A stretch of DNA of 64,000 bases from assembly GCF_000143415.4 (NCBI RefSeq), contig NW_003314411.1, forward strand, positions 186,452 through 250,451, written 5' to 3'. The DNA comes from Selaginella moellendorffii (lineage: Eukaryota > Plantae > Lycopodiophyta). The notes under the pieces are model-generated. The model worked only from the letters and a program-made list of their open reading frames with translations, was not told the origin of the DNA and did not search any database. Positions 36,011 through 49,100 of this stretch are shown here, in pieces. Position 1 is the first letter of the stretch, and each line of letters starts with the position of its first letter. Both the position numbers and the translations under genes were made by a program.

Positions 36011-36885
36011 CTTCCCTTTATATTTGAACTTAATAGATTATTTCTCAAGTTGTTCTTTTTGGTTACTTACACTATCTCTATAATAATCAAGTTCCCCATC
36101 ATAATCTGGAATCTATTTGAATTCATAAACATTATTTTCCCATAAACTTGATCTTTAAACATTCTCCAAGAACCAAACTGCATTGTCTATATCTCGCCAA
36201 TTGATGTCACAATCACAAAACACCGAGAACAAAATAAACTATATAATCACATCCCATGGAAGTTAGAGGTGACAACACACTAAAGATTGGTATAGCACTA
36301 ATATGATCACACCCCATAACACCACAACACCAAAAGTTCAATTTAACAAAGTAGTATTGATAGCCTTAAGTGATATACTCTTTAATTGATGATAGCATAG
36401 CATAATAAAAAAAGAGAATGCAATGAAGATTAGAAGAAAGAGCAAATCTATGCATAACAATAGCTAGAATTATAGATCTTGCAAAAAGTTAATATAAATC
36501 TAAATCTAAAAGAGAATGAAGAAATAAAAACAAAAGGCACAATCCCAAACATTAGAGTAAATCACCACTAAAAAAGTTTGTCTTTTATGGATAAATTTCA
36601 GTGCCTTTCATCTCCTCTAATGTGATATAGAAGTAGGTATATTAATTAGGGTTTAGACACTTGCTTTATACACACACACACATACATACATATACATATA
36701 TTTATAAATCTTGCAATATCAAGAATCCTTATCTTAATTAAATATAGTTTATTACATATTGAAATATTAATACTTAATCTCTATATTACTAGCTTATGAA
36801 TTCAATAATTTATACATTTGAATCTCATGGAATTTATGAAATTAATGACAAAATATGAGGTCCACACAAGATTTTAATATAATAT

Positions 36886-37680
36886 TGTGAGGTTTAAATG
36901 TACAGCTATGATGTTGTATAATAATATTAGCATAATGCTGTTAGATTGGTTCAATCCAAACCACTTACTCCTGTATATAAGTTAGGATTTTTTGGGCTAA
37001 TTAATATGCATATTCCCTTTCTATATTCCATACACTCACATTGGTGGAGTTGAGAGGCATTTTTAATTGTTCCTGAGGAGTGCTTAAATTTGGGATTTTG
37101 GTTTAAATTTAGTTTTTGCATTGTCTAGTCTAGCTTTTTCCATTTCCTTTCTTTTGTTCTTTCCTTTTAGGATTCTAGTTTAGATTTAGCTTTTTCATTG
37201 TCTAAATCTCCCTTTCCCTCTAGCTTTTTTCATTTCATTTCTTTTGCTTTTTTCTTTTCATTCATCTTCATGGCAGAGTAGCAGTCTCTTCTTCCTTTGA
37301 CTCTGGAGCAATAGTTGCTACAATTGCTAGATGCTATGTGATTGCAATTAAACAATGGTACAACTCCTTTTGCTCTTGGTGCCAATCTTTGCATTTAGCT
37401 GGAATTCTTTTGTGGAAATCCTGGGGATGATGTGTACCATTGGTTTGATTATGTTATAGTGATTGCCACATATCATTCTTAGGATGATGTTTGACATTTG
37501 CATGAGCTTCCCATATGTCTCCAAAGGACGGTGCTGCAATGGTACAATGGTTTGAGTGTGGCCATTCGTAAGGATTGGAGTATTCTTCTGGATGTCTTCA
37601 AATGCACAATCGGATATGTTGATGATTATGATAGTGCATTCCAAAAATTGCATGGTCTTCATCAAGGGCCATTTGAGTCA
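36886..37680 (+). mobile_element. Family E Gypsy 5' fragment: short LTR (36886-37040), putative tRNA-Ala PBS, decayed gag
   Basis: TGTGAGG...CTCACA then TGGTGGAGTTGAGAGG; LTR resembles 52963-53125 and 57081-57244; downstream matches 53130-53760. Confidence 0.65.
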
Positions 37681-37839
37681 TCTCAGACTCCATCTTAAGT
37701 CCATCTTAAACTCCATCTCGGTCCATCTGATTTCCATATCAACACTTCCATATGTCATGTGTTAGTCCTCTTGTGTCCCTTTTCTAGAGACTCATTTATT
37801 GCTTATTTCGTGCTCGTTCCTTGAGCATGAGATACCTGG

Positions 37840-40800
37840 TGTGGCTCAACAAAACCTCGCTCTAAGCTCATGGCTAAAGCACCCAAAGGCAGAAGGCGGG
37901 GAGAGTACCCATGAGGCTTGCGTAAGACCACGGTATTCCAAATCAAAGTCCCAGACTGTGGAAAGGAAGAAGAGTAGTCCTTTGGTGTAGTGACTAAGGA
38001 TATGGTTCATATGGTGAGAAAGTCCCAGAGGACCATGGGACTTAGTAGTCGGGCCTGTAGGCCTTGATCCTGTGGCAGTATTGGCAAACACGGCCATGGA
38101 CAAAAAAAGACTTGGTAGGGACCAGAAAAGGGATATTAGGAAAGGCTATTCCCCATGTATGTAGGCATCCTAAGGATGCTAAGGAGTGGAGCTAAGATGA
38201 TCACTCATGGATGGATGGCTCAGTCTTTGAGAGATGGGACTATGATGCAATTGGTGTTAGACCATCGGTGTAACCAAGGTGAAGGGGTATAGCCTTAACG
38301 TAACAGATTGATATATTGGTGGTACCTTGGGGTGTTAGTCATAGGATCAAACACGTGAAGCACTTGAACCAAGTGCAAAGGTTGAGTGGCATGGATGCCA
38401 TTCTCGGGGATAATAAGCCCCAAGTACGAAATAGGACTTATGGAGGTTGTGAGTGAGACTCCTCCAAGTGGTCAGAGGTGCGGTTAAGTGACTAAAGTAG
38501 AATGGAAAATTTAGTCACTTACAATTTGGTATTAAAGATGTTCCTTAGTTCGACTTTTATTGGTGGCTAAGTATATCATCACTAATATTGGCATCAGAAA
38601 GTCCTAGGAGTGGGCCTATCCTTGAGGAGTATCAAGTCGGGAAGACATAACTCTTCACTACAATTCATGTGTAAAGTTGTAGGTGAGGTGGTGGATAGAA
38701 AAAGGCCAATAATGGAATGACTTTGTGATTTTGGGAACAATATAAAGTTTTCCTCAGAGAGTTGAGGATGTGATTTAAATGAGCATTTGATTAAGCAAAC
38801 AGGAAAATTTAATTGTGGTAAACAACTATAGTTGGGATCACAGGAAAGATAAAGACTCCAAAACAATAAAAAGAGTCACAAGATTATCTTTATATAGTTG
38901 AGGCTTGTGCTCATGAATTTGAAACCAAAATTAATGACTGTGAGAGGTCAAATACGGATGAGGACACAAGTCCTTGAAATGGTAGCCGAGGTTACTTTTT
39001 ATAAATGCTGGAACAAACCCAAGGAGTTAGGTTATACTTAGAGGATGAGTCAATATTCTTATCATAGGGGCGAATAGTCCTAGCCCATAAGGAATGGAAG
39101 ATAATCAAATGTTGGAATAACACTTGCAAGATGGTCTTTATGAGTAGGATATGAATACACGAAGTTGTATTCCAATGAGCTGGCACCTCAAAAATAAGAC
39201 CTTACAAGTCACTGGATTAGTAAAGTCCAAAAATGTTAAATGACTTAAGTAGAGTCAAGGAATGGTCCTAAGGAATTGGTAAAAAGCATTTGGACTGAGG
39301 TGTGTTATGCCTCACGAAGGATAGGGAGGATTATACAATCCAAGTATGAGAACAATAAGTATTTCATTGATGGCAGAATGTGCCATACTAAAGTTGTGGG
39401 AAAGGTGTTCCTAGAAGAAAACAACTTTGACATAAAGTGGTGTGTAGACTCTATGGTGCAGTGCTAATGGATAGTTAAAATGAGAAAGAATTGTATTGGT
39501 CTTAGCAAGGACCTAAACACGAGAAAGAAGTGTCATAAAGGTAGGCTCGTGGAGCCGATGGTGTGAAGACACCAAATGTGCCAAGGCGTGATACCTTGAG
39601 GTCATGAGAACCCTTTTCCAAAGAAATCCTAATAAAAATGGGAATGGTATAACCTAAGTTGGAATGCATGCAGTTAGAGTATAGTGACCCAAATAATGAT
39701 AGAGGCATAGAAGCACTAGCAATGAGTTATAGGATTTGATAACTATGAGGCAACTAAGCAAAAAGTGTAAAATAATTGATTAAACTAGTAGAAGATAACT
39801 ACCCAAGACTTTTTAATAGGATAAAGAAGTTAGATATACCCTTATGGGGGATAAATTGCTTATGTTGCAATATAATAAGTTAATGTCATAAAAGAAATGT
39901 TCATTGTCAAAGAGGCCATCATTAAGACACCCAATCCCAGTGTGTGGGATTATAAAATGTGCATACCCGGATTAAGGAACCACTCCCTAGGCTACCGGGT
40001 AGATTCATCCCTATAAATACTTGCTAAGGCATGGTAGAAAGTGCAAAGCAAGTAGAAGGGGGAAAGAATTGAATCATAAGAATCGAAAGGCATAACCAAG
40101 GTTGGTTATACAAGTTAGGAGTGGAGAATCAAGTGGGCGCTTGAATATGTTATTATTAGCAATTGTGATGCCATAGAGAGTTTAAAGCATGGAATTGTCC
40201 ATGTTAGACCATATGGCAATTAAAAAGCTTGCGAAAAGAGAGGCTTTAGCAAGCTAAGGGACAGTCTTTTCAAGGTCCCCCAAAACAATTCTAGGTAGCT
40301 TAATACCTAGAAAGCCAAGTGTAAATGGTTCATAAAACACACGAAATTAAAGTGGCGTAGTTGAAGCATAGTCTTGAAACTTGCTATAAAGCAAGGCTAT
40401 TAAGGTTGGGGAAGTAGTTCCCGAGTGTTCAAAGGAATGACTTTGAATGAAAGTTAATGGTCAAGGACTTTCACACGTATGTATGAAACCATGTTACATT
40501 GGTTGGATGACTTGCTAAGTGAGATCGGCAAGTCAGGGGAACAAACCCCCTAGTTGAAATTGCTAACTTCAAAAGGGGTGGCCCATGGGGCCGAGCATGG
40601 AGGAGTCCATGCATAATCACAGACTTGTCAAGTGAGAGGATGCATATACAAAGGTTAACTAAGTTCTTAAGCTGTGATCTATAGTGCACTTTAAATATAA
40701 ATTGGTGCACCGGTGTGGGGGTCACGTCAGGCATTCTGGGTGATGCCATCCGTAAATGCATATACAGAGGTTGGATTTGAGTCTCAACTCTCTAGTGCTT

Positions 40801-43631
40801 GGGTTTGAGTCCCAACTCACTAGGGTGCAGTGATAGTTTGGAATATGAGGACACTCATTTTTCAGTGGTCATGGACTCTTAGTAAGGAGACTAGCTTGGG
40901 CACACTGTCAAGCGGGGGATGCCTCGAAGTTATGATGCACAGTTAGATTGCTTAGTGTGGCTCAACATATCTAACTTGAACACTTTGGTGCGAGTAGCAC
41001 CAAAGATGTGGTGAATGAGATGGGGACACCTAGTTTTAGTTGCTATGGACCCTTGGCTAGAAGGGCTGGCTTGGGCGCACTGCCAAGTGTGAGGGATGCC
41101 CTCAGGGTCATGGTCAACAACTTAAAGGTCTAGAAAACCTAGTACCTATTAGCAAACCTATTAAGGTGCCAAGATGATATCATTAAGTGATCTTGTGGCT
41201 AAATAAAGACAAAGTCTTTGTTTGGGTAAGGAATAGGGTTCCTAGTTCAAAGTGGTGATTTGAATTGCTAGTAATGGTGTGACTTGGTCAAAGTGACCAA
41301 ATGGGAAAGATATCAAAAAAGGAAATTAGTGGCAATGCAATGGTATAGTAAGTCCAAGGAAGTAGTCTTTAGGAAAGACCCATGAAATGGTCGCAAAATT
41401 GGGCTATGGATAAAACCCATAATAGAGAATGCTAAAGAGACTTACCAAGGGTGAACACCCTTTAGACTTGGTAAAGTGGAATCTATGCTATGAAACCGTA
41501 AAAATACCTCAAGGATAAAGGTAGTGAGCCTATGTTGATTGGTGCAAGAATTAATAAATAGGAGCAAAAGACTAAAGGAAATGTGACTTCAAGGATGGAT
41601 TCCCAAGTGTTTCAATTGAAGTGAAAGCTCCAAGATAGAGAGCGGCAAAGTAGCCAAATGATAAGGCTGTATACAGCCCTAACAAAAATTATAATAATTG
41701 GAACTTAGTGTCAAATGCGGCAAGAAATAGAAAAGAGAATGATAGGTTCCTCAAGTAGAGAACCTCCTAGGAGGGGAAAGTGGCGTTTGCACAATATGTG
41801 CAATGCAAGGTGTCGGAGACACCCAAGAAATTAACTTTGAGAAGTCAAAATTAAAAGTTTCAAAGTGCAAAGGTTATATCAATGGAAATAAAGACTACTC
41901 GAGAATGAGTAGTGAGATTGAGAAAGAGAAGGTGTCTCTAACAAGTTTAGTGAGAACTAAACCAATAAAAGGGAGAGAACCACCACGGGTGGTCAAATCA
42001 ATCTTTATGTTAGAGAGAATATGCTCATTAGAGGATGGATAAAGCATAAGGAGCCTTCGATGTCAAACTATTGATGAATATTGGCTAGGTGCCAAGGTTG
42101 GAAAGGGTAATACATGCTGGTATTACTTTATAAAATAGTTTATCATTCGATGAGCACATCGAACTTTGTCTATGGGTGGTGGAGTTGTGAGACACAAATC
42201 CCAAAGCCCCAAAGTGGAGTTGAAAGGGTGCCACGTGGTAGTGGCCGAAGCGAAAGGCAAATGAGTATAACACATTTGGACTAAAAGCTCCGACTTGAAA
42301 AGTCGAGAGCGGGAGTGGAACTCTCAATGAAGGAGTCCAAGATGGAGTCTAAGATGGAGTCTGAGATGGAGTTCAAGATGGATCCAAAATGGAGCTTAAG
42401 ATAGAGTCCAAGATGGAGTCCGAAATGGACCCAAGATGGGGTCCAATCCGAGATGGAGTCTGAGGTGGACCCGAAATGGACCTGAGATGGAGTCCGAGAT
42501 GGAGTCTGAGATGGACCCGAGATGGACCCAAGATGGAGTCTGAGATGGACCCTAGATGATGTCCAAAATGGAACCGAAACTGAGACCGAGACCGAGTCCG
42601 AGTCTGAATACTAATACAAACTGTTGGGTGAAAGCCCAAAGTGATCATCCCTCGGGGGGAAGGGGCTGCAGGGGGTTCCAAAAGTATAGTAGGGAGAGTG
42701 TGGGGGTTGGACCCCAGTGGAGCCAATTTGGCCAGGAAAGGCCAGTTTGGCCTAGGAAAGTTATACGCAGCTGTTGGGTGATGGGATGACTACTGGGAAG
42801 TCCAAGGCTAGAGTGAATACAGACTAACAAATGGGGTAGCTTGGTAGAGTGTTCAAGAGCCGGCTCTAGTTCCCCTGGGAGATTGAATGGTTGATGCTCC
42901 TAGTCCAAACATGGGTGGCACTACCTACTTGGATACCTAGCGTGGCTTAATGGAACCTCGCTCTAAGCCCATGGCTAAAGCACCCAAAAGCAAAAGGCGA
43001 AGAGAGTACTCGTGAGGCTTATGTAGAGCCATGGTGTTCCAAATTGTTGTCCCAAAGTCCCAGACTGTGGAAAGGAAGAGGAGCAATCCTCTGGTGTAGT
43101 GACCAAAGATATGGTTATGTGGTGAGGAAGTCCCAGAGGACTGTGGGACTTAGTGGTCGGGCCTGTGGGTCTTGATCTAGTGGCAGTGTTGGTGAACACG
43201 GCCATGGACAAAAAAGGACTTGGTGGGGACTTGAAAAGGGATATTGGGGAAGGCTATTCCCCATGTCTGCAGGCATCCTAAAGATGCTAAGGAGTGGATC
43301 TGGGATAATCACTCATGGATGGATGGCCTAGTTTTTGAGAGACAAGATTATGATGCAGGTGGTGTTAGACTACTAGTATAACCAAGATGAAGGGGCATGG
43401 CCTTAGCGTAACGGGTTGATATGTCGGTGGTACCTTGGGGTGTTGGTCATGGGATCGGACACATGAAGCACTTGGACCAAGTGCAAAAGTTGAGTGGCAT
43501 GGATGCCATTCTCGGGGATAGCAAGCCCCAAGTCCAGAATAAGACTTATGGAGGTTATGAGTGAGATTCCTCTAAATGGTTGGAGGTGAGGTTAAGTGAT
43601 TAAAGTAGAATGGAAAAACTAGTCACTTACA
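37840..43631 (+). mobile_element. Element C: decayed LTR element related to A, with a truncated 5' LTR ending 38523, a non-coding interior and a 3' LTR at 42328-43631
   Basis: 37850-38523 repeats at 42953-43631, both ending TCACTTACA; decayed PBS TGGTATTAAAG at 38527; 12-bp GATGGAGTCCAA array at 42330-42600; 40769-41125 resembles the element A 3' UTR. Confidence 0.75.
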
Positions 43632-44234
43632 GTTGGGAGTTTCACTCCCACTCTCAACTTTTCAAGTCAAAGCTTTTAGTCCAAATGTGTTACACTCGTT
43701 TGGCTTCTGCTTTGGCCATTACCATGTGGCACTTTTTCAGCTCCACTTTGGGGCTCTAGGATTTGTGTCTCACCACCCATAGACGAAGTTAGATGTCCTT
43801 ATTGAATGATAAACCATTTTTTAAAGTAACCCCATCATGAATTACCATGTTCATCTTTAGCATCAAATCAATATTCGTTAATGGTTTGACACCAAAGGCT
43901 CACCATGTTTTGCCCATCTTCTAAGGAGTATACTCTCTCCAACTTAGAAACTCATTTGATCACATGTGGTGGTTCTTCCCCTATGTTTGTTTAGTTCTCC
44001 AAAACTTGTTAGAAACATCTTCTTTATCTCAATCCCACTACTTATCGCCAAGTAGTTTTAGTTTCTATCAACATAACCATCACACTTTAGAATTTTAATT
44101 TTGACTTCTTAAGTCAATTTCCTAGATGTTTCTGACACTTTACATTGCACATATAGTGTAAGTTTGACTCCCCCATCCTAAAAAGTTCTTTACTTGAGGG
44201 CATTATCATCCTCTCTTCTATTTCATACCGAAGG

Positions 44235-45130
44235 CAAAGGATGCTACAAGTCACAGATGACAAAGTAAAAGGATGAATCTAGGCCTTGTGGCAATCAGCA
44301 ACTCGGACAAAAGTGGCCGAGTCACCATGCTAGCTCAAAGGGGACAGACGTATAGTATGGTGGCGGAAAGAGCTCATAGAAGATCTGGACTGGGACCTAG
44401 CAGCGTGGAGAAGAGGAGTGCATGGCTTCTTTACATACAAGGTTAAGGACTTGTGGAATGGACTGATGGTGAACAGGGAATTCGAGAGAGAAGAAATTCC
44501 AAGGTTGTGGCAAAAGTGGATCACACATGGAGTGGAGGCGGACCAAATGATTGACAACATGGTGGTGTTTTCGAAGTTACCGATTCAGGAGAAATCAAAG
44601 GTGACCTCTTGGTTGGTAGTGACGAATGGCTTACCAGTAGGATAGCGGTTTCAAGTAGAGAATGCTCGCAGGTGCTCAGAATGCGGGGAACTGGAGATAG
44701 TCGCACATCTCCCCTAAGAGTGTGATATAGCTAGAGATGTGGAGGCAAGTAGCAAAGGCGTTGAGGGAACTAGGAGCAAGTAGGACTTTGAAATGCGTGA
44801 AGGGGATGTTACCCAATGGTTCCTAGAGGCAAGGGCGCCGTGTACGGGACCAGCCTGGCGAAAGAATGGATGCTAGGGACGTTCAGGATGGGGCATCCGA
44901 GTTAGGTGGGATGCTGTAGGAGCCAAAATTAGGACCCTAGTGTGGGAGGCCCTGGGATAGACAAGATGGGAGATATGGCAGGCTTCTAGGGTATAGGCAC
45001 TCTTGGAAGTTCGGAACCACAACCACTTCGAAGGGTAGAAGGCTTGGATTTTAGCAATTATGGTGAATTGGTGGAGGCTTATACTAGCTGCTGTCAGGAA
45101 TAGGGAAAAATGGGGAAGCGCTAGCAACTT
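44235..45130 (+). mobile_element. LINE (L1-like) ORF2 C-terminal fragment
   Basis: KSKVTSWLVVTNGLPVG*R...CSECGELEIVAHLP*ECDIARDV...WEIW resembles the zf-RVT CCHC region. Confidence 0.6.
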
Positions 45131-45995
45131 GGCAAAAACTATGGACCCCGTGCTATGGAGCAGAGCATGAGGGAGAGGTCAAGTAGAAATGGAGACCACC
45201 GGACACGGTAATAAAGGAGGCTCAACATAGTGATTTGGCACTGGATGCACTGAGGAGGTGATGACCACAGCAGCCACGGTTGGAGGACAACAGGTGTTAT
45301 TAGGTAAAGGACAACAAGACGGTTTAGTTGAGTGAACAGTGTTAAGAGTGACTCGTTTTTGTATTAGTCCCTAAGGGACTCAGAGTAATGTACATATATG
45401 TTGCATCTTCTATTTCATACCACACTTGGCACTAAGTTTCACTTATCCATAATTTGTGCTAGGGCTGTTAACAACCTTATTATTTGGTTATCTTGCTACT
45501 CCCTCTCTTGGAGCTTTCACCTTTGCCAACTTGGAGCATTTGGGAATTCATCTTTGAAAACATATTTCTTTTCCCATAACACATTAGCATTTAACACATG
45601 AGTATTCCTTAAATTTGTTGTTTAGATTTATTCCAATGATTCCCATGGCCTATTCTTGGCCACTAGTCTTTTGCTCCTATGCTTTGATTATTACAATAAG
45701 TAATGTAGGATCACTACCTCCATCCTCGAGGTATCTTTTTGGTTCCATAACAAAAGCTTTATTTTGCCAAATTTAAAGGGTGTTTATCTCTAGTAAGTCT
45801 CTTTAGCATTTTCTATTGTGGGCTTTATCTACAACCTAACTTTGTGACCTCCCATAGGTCTTTCTTAGAAACTACTTTCTTAAACTTACTATACCATCGC
45901 ATTAGCATTCATTTCCCTTAAATGTTTTTCCCACTTGGTCACCTTGACCTTGTCCTTATTTACCCAAATATCACCTAGTGATCTTACCTTGAGAC

Positions 45996-46072
45996 TATAA
46001 GCTCTTGAGTTTGGACTTCCCAGGAGGTCACCTAACCTAGTATTATTCAAACCCAAAGATGCTTAACCTTTG
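45996..46072 (-). mobile_element. 5S-containing short repeat, copy 5 (best preserved 5S segment)
   Basis: Reverse complement of 46013-46067 is GTTAAGCATCTTTGGGTTTGAATAATACTAGGTTAGGTGACCTCCTGGGAAGTCC, 45/55 ungapped to the recalled plant 5S sequence. Confidence 0.75.
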
Positions 46073-46169
46073 GCATTCATTTCCGAAGCCTCTTGCTTTG
46101 TGTGAAACTAAATATGTCAAAGTGGATCAAGCTAGAAATGTTATAACTGTTATGTTATGTTATGTTAAG

Positions 46170-49100
46170 TGAACAGAGTTGTTATAGGAAAACTCAACAA
46201 GGGGAAGGATATCAAACCAGTCATCCTGATGACAGTTGATGAAGCATCTCAAGAATTGTTCCAACATCTGAATCGTTCACTCGGATTGTCCATTAGTTTG
46301 AGGATGATACGCCGAAGAGAAGTTGGCCTTCACTCCAAGCAACTGCAAGAACTGTTGCCAAAAATGAAAGATGAACTGAGGTCCCCGATCTGAAACCACA
46401 TCTACAGTAATCCCATGAAGTCGGAAAATTTCCCTGAATACTAGTTTTGCCATGTCCTTGCCTGAAAACTCTTTGGTACATGGCAAGAAGTGTGCCATCT
46501 TTGTGAAGCAATCCACCATGACTAAAATGTTGTTAAAGCCTCTAGAACTCGGAAGATCACTCAAGAAATCCATGGAGATGGATTCCCAAGGACCTGAAGG
46601 GACTGAGAGGGAACGAAGAAAACCTGAAGGAAGGTGGCGAGGTACCTTATTCTAGGCGCAAGTGTCACAGGAGGTAACAAAAACTTTGATGTAGTTGTCC
46701 ATGTGAGGCCACCAGAAGTCCCATGCAACCAGCTCATAAGTTTTCACAATGCCAAAGTGACCAGCAATGGGGCTATCATGGCACGCCATCAGGACCAACC
46801 TTTGAGTGTCACCTTCAAGAACGTAAAGTTGCTCCCCACGGTACAACAAGCCATCTAAGAACTCAAACTCGTCAAATCACCGGCAGTCGGGAGTCACTAG
46901 GTGTCCAGCCTGGATGGGGGAAAATATTGCTAGCGAGGTTGTCGGATTGAAGATTGTTTTTGATTGCACCCATCAAGGAGGAGTCCTGAGGGGCCAGGGA
47001 AATTGCCATAACTTGAAGCCGATCAAGACCGAGGATAACCTGATCCTGATGATTGAAGGCAAGATTACCAAGCTTGAGACTGAGATAGGAGCGCCTTGAA
47101 AGAGCATCAGGAAGGCCCTAAAGCTTTCCAGGTCTATACTTGATAACAAAGTCAAACCGACTCAAGAATTGTGCTCACCTTGCCTGACGACGGCTCAAAA
47201 CTTGGGAAGTGGCAAAGTATTCGAGATTTTTGTGATCCATCCAAACTATTGTTTGATGGCTCGCCCCTTCCAACAAAACGACGCCACTCTCCAAAGGAAT
47301 CCACGATGGCAAGGAGTTCCTTGTCGTGGATTTCGTAATTGATCTCCGCAGGCTGGAATTTCTGAGAATGGAAAGCGACAAGATGAAATTTCTAATCCAC
47401 TCCGAGTTGAGATAGCATAGCACCGATGGCAAAGTCCACCTCGATGAAAAAAGGTTGTGAGGGATCAGCATGGAGCAAGACGGGAGCAGAACTGAAGGCC
47501 GCCTTGAGTGTGTCGAAAGCATGTTGGGCAGCAGTAGACCAAGAGAAGGGACCATCCTTGTGAGTGAGATGCGTGAGAGGAAGGATAATATCAGAGTAGT
47601 GATCAATGAATTTGCAGTAGAAGTTGGCGAAGCCAAGGAAAACCTGAATGTCTGACATTGATTGTGGAGGCTCCCATTCGAGAATAGTCTTGACTTTGGC
47701 AGGATCCATCATGATACCCTCAGGAGTGACAATATACCCAAGGAACTCCACAGACTCCTAATCAAAGGAACATTTCTTAAGCTTCGCGTATAGGCCATGT
47801 TCCCGCAGCTTCGCCAGCACCTTGCGCACATGCTCGTCATGCTCCTCCTGAGTTTTTTAGTAGATGAGGATGTCATCGAGGTAGATGATCACCATCTGAT
47901 CAAGAAACAATCAAAAGATGTCGTTCACCATGTGTTGAAAAATTGCTGGAGCATTTGTCAAGCCAAATGGCATGACAGTGTACTCGAAGTGGCCATAGCG
48001 GGTTTGGAACGTAGTCTTCCATTCATCGCCAGGTCGGATCCGAATCAGGTTGTATGCTCTACGGAGGTCGATTTTGGTGAAGAAGCAGGCACCACCGAGG
48101 CGTTTCAACAGATCCGAGATCAAGGGCAATGGATAATAGTTCCGAACAGTCACCTTGTTCAAACCTCAGTAGTCAATGGCTAGCCACAAACTCCCATCCT
48201 TCTTCTTGACAAAGAAGATAAGCGCTCTAGCTGGGGACTACGAATGCTGAATGTACCCCGAGGCAAGGTTCTTGTCCACATACTCTTTGAGGGCCTTAAG
48301 CTCGGACAGAGATAACCTATAGATAGGCCCCCACGGAGGTGACGCTTCTTTCTGTAAATCAATGGGATAGTCGTAAAGCCGATGAACAAGCAGTACACTA
48401 GCTTTTTTCTTGTCAAACACATCCCCAAAATCATGATACTTCTTAGGAAGACTAATAGGAGAAACATGCAAAGCAAAAAGGAAAATAGGTTCTTCATGAA
48501 GGAGTTCTTTCATAGTGATTGTGGAGATAAGAGGAGGCATACGACTGAATGAAATGATGGGACAAGGATATTGTCCAGTGTAAGATGGAAGAGAGGGAAA
48601 AGAAAAGGGTGAAAACTTCATAGAGTCAGGAATAGAACCCTAATTTGAGTTTAGGGAACTTTTCCTAATTCGGACTTGATGAATAGCAGAGGAAGACATG
48701 GGAAATGGTGATGTGGGAGAGATGAGTTGTAATTCCTTCCAATAGATATGAGGCTGGTGCAATTGGAACCAAGGAAGGCTGAGCACCACAGAGGAGGACT
48801 TGCTGTTGATGATGTTGAAGGCGATATCAGTGATAGTGGACCCGATGTGTAGTCGAGCGGGCAACGTTTCCCTAAGTCCAGAAGATGGAGACACAAAATG
48901 CCTGCTGATGCCTTCAACCCTCAGATCCCATATGGTAGGAGAAAGAGGAATATGATGTCGGGCAGCAAAGTTCGTATCCATGAAGCAATAAGCTGCACTC
49001 GAGTCTAGTAGTGCTAGAGCCTTGAGTCCAGATTGTCCGCTGAAAGAAAGGAGACATGGGATGTGGAAGTTGCAGGAATTGGTGGTGGCTTTGATGAAAG

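Noticed and set aside
42330-42600. CRISPR-like array
   Set aside because: Contiguous 12-bp units with no unique spacers, inside a eukaryotic LTR.
46013-46067. Functional 5S rRNA gene
   Set aside because: Only the ~55-nt internal control region is present; the 5' half and T-run terminator are absent and the flanks belong to a dispersed repeat.
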